Assembly: GCF_006345805.1 (NCBI RefSeq)
Contig: NC_043016.1
Span: 21,080,001 to 21,144,000, forward strand
Source: Octopus sinensis
Taxonomy: Eukaryota
Direction of reading: 5' to 3'
Length of the DNA: 64,000 bases
The position numbers were made by a program, and so were the translations under genes. Every line of letters begins with the position of its first letter. The stretch's first letter is position 1. Under the pieces are notes generated by a model. That model worked only from the letters and a program-made list of their open reading frames with translations, was not told where the DNA came from and did not search any database. Shown one piece after another: positions 13,901 to 23,923 of the stretch.

Positions 13901-16900
13901 GTATATATGTATGTATATATATATATATATACACATTTCATATACATCCGCATTCACACATATATACGTGTGTGTGTATTATATATGTAAAATAAATTTA
14001 CAAAGACTGACATGTATACCCATGTACGTAGCAATATTATGTATATTAACACTTTCATATAATCTAATTGCATATTACATTGTGTATGCTATATTTATAT
14101 AATACATATGAATATATTCATAATATTTTATGCATAAAATTAATGTTTATATATATTATATGTTATTTTGTTTATTCCTATTGTGTCTTTTCACACACTC
14201 CCCTGTTCCAGTCAGTCACCCTGTGATATATCATTAGTCAGCAGTGAACCCTACACAGTTTCTATAGTCATCACCTCTTCCTTCTTTACTCACTCCTCAA
14301 TATTTGTTCTTCATTATGTTCTCCTTTCCAATCCTTCCCTATCTCTGTCTCTCACTTTGCCATGTACTCTTACAAGCTGCATGGGAATTTCACTTGTACT
14401 GCATCCTCAAAAAAATAGCAACCAGTACACACTTTAAAATGAATGGTACTAGGAAGGGCATCCATCCATAGAAATCATGTCAAAGCAGATAGATATTGGA
14501 GCAGAATGCAGTTCTTGGACCTGTTGAATTATGTGAATACATCATCTTACCCACAGCAGCACTGTACATGAATGTCAAATGATGGTGATATAGTATGTGT
14601 GCATATATATATATATATGTATACACACACACACACACACACAAATGGAAAAGGGATTAAACATCCAGTGAATATTTTATAATTACTCTGTAGGAATCAA
14701 ACTTGGCTAAGTGATTGTCAAGTGAAAGTCATTGTAATCCGTGTAGGCTATAAAATTACTTTCCACTACTTGTAAATTGTAAATGTAAAGTTCAAACACT
14801 TAATAAATTTAATATAAGACTACAAAGTATAGAAAAACACAAGAGAAGGAGAATTATTTAATCAGCTTATGCATGTTTTGGAGAGATTGGCAAATTCTCA
14901 AACACTGCAATGCAGTTTTTCCTTCAATCTGTCAAAGAAGGCACAAACACTTTGACACACATATACAACAATGGAAATTCTGCCTACGAAATTCACTCAC
15001 AAGGCTTTAATCAGCCCAAGGTTAGAGCAGAAGGCACTTACTCAAGGTGCTACACAAAAGGACTGAACCCAAGACCATGATGTTGGAAAGAAAGCTTCTT
15101 ACCCATACAGCCATACTTGTGATCCCACATTTGATTGACTAAGATTCTTCAGATAGAGAAATTAAACATCATCTTATCCTTATCAAAGTACACTACACAG
15201 CTTGGAATAGAGAATAATTTAAGAGATAGTAAAGCTATATTATTAGATATAGTATCTGACCATGTGGTAAAAAGCTCGCTTTGCAACCATGTCGTTTCGG
15301 GTTCATCCCCATTATGTGGTGTCTTGGGCAAATATCTTCTACTATAGCCCTGGGTTGACAATGCTTTGTGAATGAATTTGGTGGAAGCCCGTTGTATATG
15401 TATATGCATGTGTGTGTGTGAGTGTTCGCCCCTCCCACCTCTTGGCAACTGATGTAGCTTTGTTCCTGCCTACATAACTTAGCAGTTCAGAATTAGTATA
15501 GAGGATGATGATGATCGATTTGTTCAACTAAACCCTTCAAGGCAGTGTCCCTAGCATGGCTCTGCAGTCTAATGACTGAACCAAATAAAAGATATACATG
15601 AACGAGATATATACACACCCATTATATATAGTATAATACAGTATCTATATATGTATACCCATTATATATCATGAATCTATTATATAGTATGTGTATATTA
15701 TAGGTATATATTATAGGCATACCTGTATAAGAGTGCGTAGGTATGCCATACATAATATATATTAACATTAATACATAGGCAATGTTATATACTGACAATA
15801 TATATATATATGGTTAATGTTGACATTATTACTGGGAAACGGAAATCAAAAAAGAAAATAATGCAACAAGTGTAGGAAACGAATATGAAAACAAAAATGT
15901 GCAGAAAGCAATGAGGGAAAAAGACTTCAGAAAATTCACAAGACCTGAGTTTTTCTCTCATAACGTTTAGGAAAATAGGGTTTTTTTTTTAATGAAATTT
16001 TATATAAATACCTTTCAAATGGCATAGATTACGATTATAAAGAAATTTGTGGGTAAAATCTCCTTCGAAGGGGTAGGGAGAGGACTTCGGAAAATTCACA
16101 AGATCCGGTTTTTTCCCTTGTAACTTTAAGGAAAATGGATATCTTTTAATGAAATTGTATATAAGTACCTTTCAAAAGGCATGCATTGCGGATGCCTAAT
16201 GTGCCCTCAAACCCCTTATTTTAGTTCAGAAAAAAAAAAAAAAAGGGTGGGGAGAAACCGGAATTATTGGAAAATGCATTCCCTTTTTTTCTTTATCGAT
16301 GAATGAATTACGGTGACCTTAATATGCTACAATCTGCAATTTGAGATTAATATATACAGTGATTTTTAAGAGGTATGTAAAATATATTTTTTGTTTTAAT
16401 ATTATAATTTTACTTGTTTCACACACAAACACTAACGTGATTTTTATAAGGATTTTGTATCATTCTTTCTTTCTCCTGTTCAGACTTTGGTTACCACTAA
16501 TTTTTATAACTGCAGCATTTTCACTTATTATTCTTTTCAAACTTGTTTCAATTTTCAATACAATGTAATCTACATTATATTTCTGCAAAATGTTATCTTA
16601 AAATATGGGTAAAGAAAAGTGGCTAATGCAGTTTCGCTTCTCAGCTTCAAGAACGCATTTATTGGGGGTCCACCCACCTTTTCCCGAACTAAAATAAGGG
16701 GTTTGTGGCATGTTAGGCATCCGTAATGCATGCCTTTTGAAAGGTATTTATAAACAATTTCATTAAAAGATATCCATTTTCCTTAAAGTTACGAGGGAAA
16801 AAACCGGATCTTGTAAATTTTCCGAAGTTCTCTCCCCACCCTTTCGGAAAAGATTTTACCCACAAATTTCGTTATAATCGTAATCTATGCCGTTTGAGAG

Positions 16901-17081
16901 GTATTTATATAAAATTTCATTGAAAAAAAAAACAAAAAAAAAATGAATTTTCCGAAGTCTCTCTCTCCCCACCCGTTGCTTTCCGCGCATTTTTGTTTTT
17001 ATATTCGTTTCCTACACCTTTTTTTTTTACACCCGTGCACTATCTTTTTTCGATTTCGTTTCTGGGTAATAATGTCAACAT

Positions 17082-17135
<54 letters not shown>

Positions 17136-17161
17136 GATCTTTCGTCTCTAGTAGATCTTTG

Positions 17162-17202
<41 letters not shown>

Positions 17203-17783
17203 TATATTTATTTATTTATATACACATACATACACACACACACACACATATTCCTCATATTATCACCAGCCTAGTAGCAAGTGAATTATGTAGTCTTTTT
17301 AGAACTTCCTGTATCCCACTTCAATCTGCAGCAATTATCTGGTCTCACGCTGGAATGTCGGTTGAGGGGGTTGGGTGTTGATGGTCGTGGTACAGATATT
17401 TGGTTGAAAGTATGCAGCCATGTGTGCTCGGTTGAAATTGAAGAATTAGGAAAAAAGAAGGAAAAAAAAAGTATTGGCAATATCTTTCAGTCTGCATTTA
17501 TGTCCATCATATGTATATTGCGCTCATCTATCTCTTCTTGTTTTTTTTTTTATAATTTCAAATGTATACTTATGCTTCTTTGTGTTATCCACTTAACTTG
17601 AAAAGTATCACGCCCCCATAAGTTGCTAGTTTCCTTTTTTGTACAGTTTAGTAATGTCATAAGGTCGAGAGAGAGAGACTGTGAGGAAATTGCGTGCATG
17701 ACAAGGGGTGAGCAAGTAATGACACACAGACAGACGGATGAGGAGGTAATGTGAATGGATATAGAATGGCATTTAGGATGGAT

Positions 17784-17859
<76 letters not shown>

Positions 17860-18581
17860 GAGAGTGTAGATAAAAAGAGATAGAAAGATAAGAAACGGAT
17901 AGATTGCCAGAGAAATATTAATGTGGAAGGTTCGAAATTTCGAAATATAAGGAAGATCATCATACGAATATATAGAGAAAGAGGATGAGAGAAAGAAAGA
18001 GATGACAAAAATATATAGATTGAAGAAATATTTACTTAAAAACGTCGATAGAATTGATAGATGGGTAGATAACATACAAATAGAGATATAGATACGGATA
18101 CAGCTGGAAATCTAGAAATAAATGCAATATCTCCATCTCAGAAATGTTATTTAAGCTCTTACAACACTTTAAAAGATAGATCATTTCCAGTGTACACAGG
18201 AAAACAACTAGGAATACTCAAGCGGTCGCTTGAACTACTAGAAATAACAGTCAATTACACCTCCTCCCGCTACCTGTCTTAAAGTGATGCACACTGCCTC
18301 CAGATAGGAAGAACCGGTGAGGTCGCAGCTGGAATATTTCTGATGAATTATTATATTATTACTATAAAGTAAACGATAGACAAAAATATATATACATGAA
18401 CAGTCAAATATAGATTATGCTTATTATGTTTACAAATAAAATAAAAATATATATTAATAGCTTATATTAAAAAGCGTACATATATAATGAATGTTTGTAA
18501 CGTATTTATGAGTATAAGGAATGCGTGTGTGGAAAGATTGCTAAGATAGCCCCTTACCATTAGAGTCTCTACAGCTGTCAT
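244..18581 (-). CDS. Septin, SEPT6/8/10/11 group (Drosophila Sep2-like); 3' end lies outside the window
   Basis: Eight exons join in frame with GT-AG sites: 18558-18581, 8226-8358, 7266-7379, 5907-5988, 4139-4279, 3404-3521, 2766-2855, 244-340. The protein begins [37 protein letters not shown] and has G1 GETGIGKS, G3 DTVGFGD, G4 AKAD and the septin-unique element (HLPFAVVGS...[10 protein letters not shown]). [13 protein letters not shown] and the absence of a switch-I Thr indicate the SEPT6 group. Confidence 0.96.
2766..2855 (-). CDS. Septin coding exon 7 ([30 protein letters not shown])
   Basis: ttttcag acceptor, gtaagt donor; 90 nt, phase 0/0. Confidence 0.96.
3404..3521 (-). CDS. Septin coding exon 6 ([39 protein letters not shown])
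   Basis: tttag acceptor, gtagga donor; 118 nt; G4 AKAD motif. Confidence 0.96.
4139..4279 (-). CDS. Septin coding exon 5 ([46 protein letters not shown])
   Basis: ttttag acceptor, gtaagt donor; 141 nt. Confidence 0.96.
5907..5988 (-). CDS. Septin coding exon 4 ([28 protein letters not shown])
   Basis: ttttcag acceptor, gtgagt donor; 82 nt; G3 motif. Confidence 0.96.
7266..7379 (-). CDS. Septin coding exon 3 ([38 protein letters not shown])
   Basis: ttttacag acceptor, gtgtgt donor; 114 nt; P-loop. Confidence 0.96.
7690..8012 (-). mobile_element. Two partial tandem copies of a tRNA-derived SINE (Meta-like central domain)
   Basis: The core atcgaccccagt...ttatcgaccctgaaaggatgaaagg occurs twice and matches the copies at 41526-41755 and 48997-49224. 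Confidence 0.7.
8226..8358 (-). CDS. Septin coding exon 2 ([44 protein letters not shown])
   Basis: cttaaacag acceptor, gtatgt donor; 133 nt. Confidence 0.95.
9560..11580 (-). mobile_element. Degenerate Helitron (PIF1-like helicase fragments plus 5' terminus)
   Basis: Minus-strand fragments [11 protein letters not shown] (Walker A), [27 protein letters not shown] and [21 protein letters not shown]. The 5' end reads A|TCTTCTAATATATAAAATGG at 11580. No CTRR/hairpin 3' end was found. Confidence 0.85.
10264..10625. mobile_element. MITE-like insertion with ~35-bp imperfect TIRs inside the Helitron helicase
   Basis: Left gggaactttttagttatcgcaccctcattaaaaaatt versus right (reverse complement) ggtactttttggttatctcaccccataaaaaaaatt. 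It splits GKTFITLL from ILLSKVR. Confidence 0.65.
11594..12560 (+). mobile_element. Internally deleted Tc1/mariner-superfamily transposon
   Basis: TA TSDs at 11592-93 and 12561-62; ~30-bp TIRs CAAGTTGTTTCAAGAAATTTGATAGCATTT / CAGGTTATTTCAAAAACTTTGATATCATTT. Frameshifted transposase from the ATG at 11726 ([16 protein letters not shown]; [36 protein letters not shown]). Confidence 0.85.
12579..13422 (+). mobile_element. Mariner deletion derivative with long (~150-160 bp) TIRs
   Basis: TA-flanked, with 12579-12730 mirroring 13265-13422. Interior encodes a decayed mariner N-terminal HTH ([33 protein letters not shown]). Confidence 0.8.
15258..15592 (+). mobile_element. tRNA-derived SINE
   Basis: A-box/B-box-like head (tgtggtaaaaagc...gggttcatccc) and tcttgggcaaatatcttctactatagcc body. 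The 3' part is shared with 19425-19598 and 43700-43885. Confidence 0.65.
15811..17087. mobile_element. Foldback-like element with ~400-420-bp inverted arms containing internal tandem subrepeats, inserted in (TA)n
   Basis: 15811-~16229 is the reverse complement of ~16684-17087 (termini tggttaatgttgacattattac / gtaataatgtcaacattaacta). Each arm carries a duplicated gacttc(a/g)gaaaattcacaaga...tacctttcaaa subunit. No coding capacity. Confidence 0.85.
18558..18581 (-). CDS. Septin first coding exon (MTAVETLM)
   Basis: Kozak-like GCACCATG and gtaagg donor. Phase 0 matches exon 2. It lies in a locally CpG-richer region beside CCAAT boxes, and a short first exon is typical of SEPT6-group genes. Confidence 0.8.
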
Positions 18582-18680
18582 GGTGCGGCAAGTGAAATTA
18601 AATCGAGAAGGTACAATACGTCGTCTTTGCGAAGCACTGAAGATCTGTGATGAATTGCACGACTCACACCACCAGTAGAA

Positions 18681-18736
18681 TGTCGTAACCAATCAGAACA
18701 GAGCAGAGTGTCGTAACCAATCGGAATAGAGCAGAA
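18681..18736. promoter_or_regulatory. Tandem 28-bp duplicated CCAAT (NF-Y-type) boxes in the putative septin promoter
   Basis: tgtcgtaaCCAATcagaacagagcagag followed by tgtcgtaaCCAATcggaatagagcagaa, about 100-155 bp upstream of the ATG. A further ctCCAATg lies near 18757. Confidence 0.65.
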
Positions 18737-19099
18737 TGGTGCGTGAGTCTGCGCACTCCAATGTGGAACGTCAAGGTAGATTCGTGAGATTCAACTGTGC
18801 CAAATGTTGTTTAACCTCAAATCATCTCTGATACAAGGCACTACTTCATATTTTAAGGGGTGCGGAGTCCTACATTTGCCAATGTATACTTCCTTTACAC
18901 AGGAAGGTAGGGTTTAATTTCTGGAAATTTGGCTGCTATTTCTAGCTGGTAAAACGACAAAGCTGCGAGAGTTTTATTTTTTTTCCGTGTGACGATATCT
19001 AAGTGAGTACATATATATTAAGGAACGTCACAATAAAGGGAAAAGGAGACAAAAATTAGTACATATATTGAATAGATGTTTCTCTCGTGCACATACGTC

Positions 19100-19139
<40 letters not shown>

Positions 19140-19331
19140 CACACACATACACAGTGAGACATTGAGAAACAAACAAGTTAAATGTCAAAAGTAAACGGAA
19201 AGTTGAATGACGCTATTGCCTGGCAAAAAAAAACAAAAAAACTATAGCCATAGATTCCTCTCAAAGATACAAACACGCACATTATATATATATATATATA
19301 TATATGTCTGTGTGTGTATATATATATTATG

Positions 19332-19381
<50 letters not shown>

Positions 19382-19424
19382 TGTGTATATATATGTCTGT
19401 GTGTGTATATATATTCTTTTATGC

Positions 19425-19598
19425 TTTTGTTTCAGTCATTTGACTGCGGCCATGCTGGAGCACTGCCTTTAGTCGAACAAATCGACCCCAGGACTTGTAC
19501 TTTGTAAGCCTGCTACTTATTCCATTTGTCTCTTTTACCGAACCGCTAAGTTACGGGGACGTAAACTCACCAACATCGGTTATCAAGCGATGGTGGGG
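19425..19598 (-). mobile_element. SINE 3' part (same family as 15258-15592)
   Basis: The reverse complement ends ggggtcgatttgttcgactaaaggcagtgctccagcatggccgcagtcaaatgactgaaacaaaag. Confidence 0.6.
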
Positions 19599-19716
19599 TG
19601 ACAAACACAGACACACAAACTTATACATACATACACACACATATGTATATATAAGAACAGTATATTGGATAAGTATTATCCCTTAGAGGGTTGGATCCAC
19701 AACCCCTAACTTATTT

Positions 19717-19751
<35 letters not shown>

Positions 19752-19753
<2 letters not shown>

Positions 19754-22250
19754 TCAGCTTGAGGATACACCTTGTTTTGGAAGAGGAGGCAGAAAGGAAA
19801 GCACAGAGAGGCTGGTGTTGGTTTTGCAGTTCGATCTGATATCTTGAACAAGTTGGAGGAGCTTCCTGTTCTTATAACTGAACGTCTAATGACTACAATT
19901 GCACCTGAAAGGAGGGCGGTTTGCTACTCTAATAAGTGCCTCTGCACCTACTTTGACTAGTTGTGATGAAGATAAAACTATTTTTTATATCCAGCTGAGA
20001 GCCATATTTAGGAAAATCCCCAATTCTGATAAAGTCATTCTACTGGGGGATTTCAATGCCAGGGTTGGAACAGACTGGCAAACAAGGAACTCTCTAGGAC
20101 ATTTTGGTGTAGGGAAAATGAATAGCAATGGTCTCATGCTGCTGGAGCTCTGCGATGAACATGGACTTTACATCATAAGCACTCGTTTTATGCACAAAGG
20201 TGATCACACAACAACATGGATACATTCAAGGTCTAAAGTTTGGCACTTGCTGGATTATGTCATCATCTGCAAGTGTGACATCTATGACATTTGTAATGTC
20301 AAGTCCTTTCATGGATTGGAATGCTGGACAGACCACAGTCTGGTGTGAGCAAAGTTCTGGATGATGATTAGAGTGAAAGAGAGAAAAGGGCCATTTGGTA
20401 TTCCTCAGTATCTGAATGTCCACAAGATATATGATGCTGTGTTGAGGAAAGAGCTTCAGACTCGCATGTCCAGCATTGAAAATACTGCAGCATGGGAATA
20501 TTTTTGAGACCAGGTTCTTCAATGTGCTGCTGAAACACTGGGATATACTACTGCCAGACATTAGAGACTGGTTTGATGAAAATGATGCTGAAGTTCAGCA
20601 ACTAATAGCTATAAAGCGCCATGCCCACAATGTACAGAGGACTTTCAGCTGTGCAGCGAAATCTAGCACTTGCCCACTATAGTAGTGTAAAATCACTACT
20701 GCAGCAATCTCTCAGGAAGATCTTGCTTGTGATGTTCAGGCTGCTGCTGATGCAAATACTGCAAGAAGCTTATGAAGCATGTTTATGGGACTAAGAGCTC
20801 CACATCAGCTCCTTTGCTTTCCAAGGAGTCTTCCACTCTATTTACTAAATCAACAGAACCCATAGGTCACTGGATCAAACACCTCTCTGAACTCTTAAAC
20901 CATGAGTCAGTTGTGGGTGAAACAGTGACTGATACTATGCAACAAAGACCTATCACTGGCTCCTTAAATTCCATGCCCTCAACAGATGAAGTAATGACAT
21001 CAATAAGTAAATTGAATCTTGGTAGGGCACCTGGAAAGAATGGAATTTGTGCTGAGGTCTTGCGATTCGGTGGTGATTGCATCATACAGTCCCTTCATAA
21101 ACTTAGTGCAGTCTGGAGGGATGGTGCAATGCTTAAGGACTGGAAGGATGCAATTAATTTCCCTCTCTATAAGGAAAAGGAGCCAGAACAATGTGTGGTA
21201 ACTACAGAAGTATTGCCCTACTATCTGCTGCTGGCAAATATTCTTTCATACTCGCCTGAATGGGTGTCTCGTAAATGATGTCCTATCTGAATCTCAATGT
21301 GGCTTCTGATCTGGTAGAAGGAAAATGGATATGATTTTCACAGCAAGACAGATGCAAGAGAAGTGCTATGAGCAGAATATGGATCTTGTCCAGTCATTCA
21401 TTGATTTAATGAAGGCCTTTGATACTGTGTATAGGGCCTTACTATGGAAAATATTTGGCAAACTTGGATGTCTGGATGACTTTGTATCTATAATTAATCA
21501 TTTCATGATGGGTTGGAGGCTTGGGTCAATGTTGGCAGTGGCATGGCGGGACCCATTTCTTTAGAGAATGGTGTCAAGCAGGGTGACATCCTTGCCCCAA
21601 CTCTCTTTTCTTTGTACTTTGCTGCTGCTTTTACTCATGCTTTTGCTAAGGTTAGCTCTCTGGGAATATATGTCAGGTAATCTGCATTGATCTGCTGCCA
21701 ATTCAAAAGTTTTCCAGTCTCTTATTTGTGACTCCTTTATGCAGATGACTGTGAATTAGTTATTCATACAGTGGATGACATGCAAATACTTATAAATCAT
21801 ATTTCTGCCTCTTGCAAGGCATTTGTACTCAATATTAGCCTGGACAAGACTCTTGTTCCAGCCTGCACCAGGAAATCCATATGTGGAACCAGCTATCTTA
21901 GTTGGAGGAAAAATTCTGAAAGTGGTAGACAAGTTTTTGTACCTGGTCAGCTCACTCAGCCATCATTTTATCTACGAAAAGACGAAAACAGTTGTACTCT
22001 TGGAAGCTGTAGGGTCACCCGAGCATAAAAGATGAGCATTGTTGGTAATTCAATGGTACAACAGTGTAAGAGTTTGCTTTGACATATACTTAGATTGTGA
22101 TTTCTGCAATGTGGTGCATAAATTGTCAAGTAAATGAGAGGCATCTTTGCCTCCACTAATTCAGTTGCAAAGTGTTGAGTAAAGTTATTTGATTGCAGAC
22201 CTGCTTTCAGTCTTTTTATTATCACTGGGTCACACATAGTCCCCAGATGG
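19752..22250 (+). mobile_element. Degenerate RTE (BovB-like) non-LTR retrotransposon ORF
   Basis: APE motifs EAGVGFAV, LLGDFNARVG, TTWIHSRSKVWHLLDYVI and RT motifs FIDLMKAFDTV, GVKQGDILAPTLF, LLYADD; many stops and frameshifts. Confidence 0.9.
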
Positions 22251-22467
22251 TAACATTGATTTCAAGGCCTTCCCAGATGAGTGACTGGTTATTCAAAGAC
22301 ATTTATAGATTGTAAATTTATTCTGTCCAGTTACGTATCAGTGTAGAGGTCATTTGCAAAATCCAGAGGTGACACTTTCATATAAACCCATCCAGATTTC
22401 TGAGTACCTCATTTCTACTAATATATAATACCTGTACATCATCTCCAAACCTTCTAATACATATATA

Positions 22468-22740
22468 TCACAGCGATCGACCGGGCTATCAGATGCTGCT
22501 ACACATCGCTGGTCACAATGCGCTTCACATTGTTTTAGCCTTCAAATGACGCCACTCCGCTGGCTAAGCGAGCAGGCCAACAGATGAAAGAATGAGAGAA
22601 AGTTGTGGCGAAAGAGTACAGCGGGGATCACCACCACCCCCTGGAGCTTTAGGTGTTTTCTCTCAATAAACACTCACAATGCCCAATCTGGGTATCGAAA
22701 CCACGAGTCCGTTGCCCTAAACGCTGGGCCATTGCACCTC

Positions 22741-22743
<3 letters not shown>
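22468..22743 (-). mobile_element. tRNA-derived SINE (third family); partial copy at ~34750-34833
   Basis: The reverse complement begins gtggaggtgcaaTGGCCCAGCGtttaggg...GGTTTCGATACC (A/B boxes). Confidence 0.7.
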
Positions 22744-22779
<36 letters not shown>

Positions 22780-22780
22780 T

Positions 22781-23102
22781 ATATAGAGGGCATTACTATA
22801 CATAAATGCCACACGCTAGGAGGGACTCTTAAAGTCAAAACTACCAAGATAAATAAATATTTAATCCTCAGTGCAAGCATAATTCAAGATTTATAACAAA
22901 TCTTGAATTATGCTGCACTGAGGATTAAAAAGTGCATTACTGCACTAATTATGAAATCACAGTGATATGCAGCTAAATTCTGTTTTTAAATGACTTACTT
23001 TGAGAGTTGCATTTGGTACGCTGTATTTATTTATTTTGGTAGTTTTGACTTTAAGAGTCCTTCCTAGCGTGTGGCATTTATGTATATTAATGCCCACTAT
23101 AT
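22781..23102. mobile_element. MITE with ~80-bp TIRs and an internal hairpin; second partial copy at 23677-23923 in the opposite orientation
   Basis: atatagagggcattactatacataaatgccacacgctagg... is mirrored at 23025-23102; internal near-perfect hairpin at 22862-22928; flanked by (TA)n. Confidence 0.8.
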
Positions 23103-23202
23103 AATATAAATATATATATTTAAGTGAAAAAATTGGTGTATTTTTTCTCGTATGAGGTTTTTCACACTAACTTATAAAGATTTTATCCTATTTTTAAATT
23201 AT

Positions 23203-23365
23203 GTCTGTGAAGCTGGAAGGCTTCGTCAGGCCCAGTCAGATCTGGCAGTAGAAACACTGCCAGATCTGACTGGGCCTGACGAAGCCTTCCAGCTTCACAG
23301 ACCCCAGTTGACCCGTCCAACCCATGCTAGCATGGAAAGCGGACGCTAAATGATGATGATGATGA
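23203..23365 (+). mobile_element. RTE 3'-tail repeat with a fold-back duplicated 5' end
   Basis: Ends catgctagcatggaaagcggacgctaaa(tga)n like the other copies; perfect 47-bp inverted repeat at 23203-23302. Confidence 0.8.
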
Positions 23366-23401
23366 TATCTATATGTTATGTATAGTAATGCCCTCTATAT
23401 A

Positions 23402-23433
<32 letters not shown>

Positions 23434-23617
23434 CCCGCCGTTGGGTCGATATTCGGCAGACTCTCTTTCTCACATTCATTTTCTTATTCAGCAACCTTTC
23501 ATAGTGGTGTCACCAAACCTCACTCTTTGCAGCCTCATCTAATTTATAAATATATCTAAATATATATATATATATGTGTGAGAAAGAGAGTCTGCCGAAT
23601 ATCGACCCAATGGAGGG

Positions 23618-23681
<64 letters not shown>

Positions 23682-23923
23682 GAGGGCATTATTATACATA
23701 AATGCTATACGCTAGGAGGGACTCAAGGTCAAAACTACCAAAATAAATAAATACATCATACCGAATGCAACTCTCAAAGCAAGTCATTTAAAAACAGAAT
23801 TTAGCTGCATATCACTGTGATTTCATAATTAGTGCAGGAATGCACTATTTAATCCTCAGTGCAAGCATAATTCAAGATTTATAACGAATCTTGAATTATG
23901 CTGCACTGGGGATTAAAAAGTGC

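Noticed and set aside
18338-18380. CTGATGA motif
   Set aside because: No stem II or GAAA follows it.
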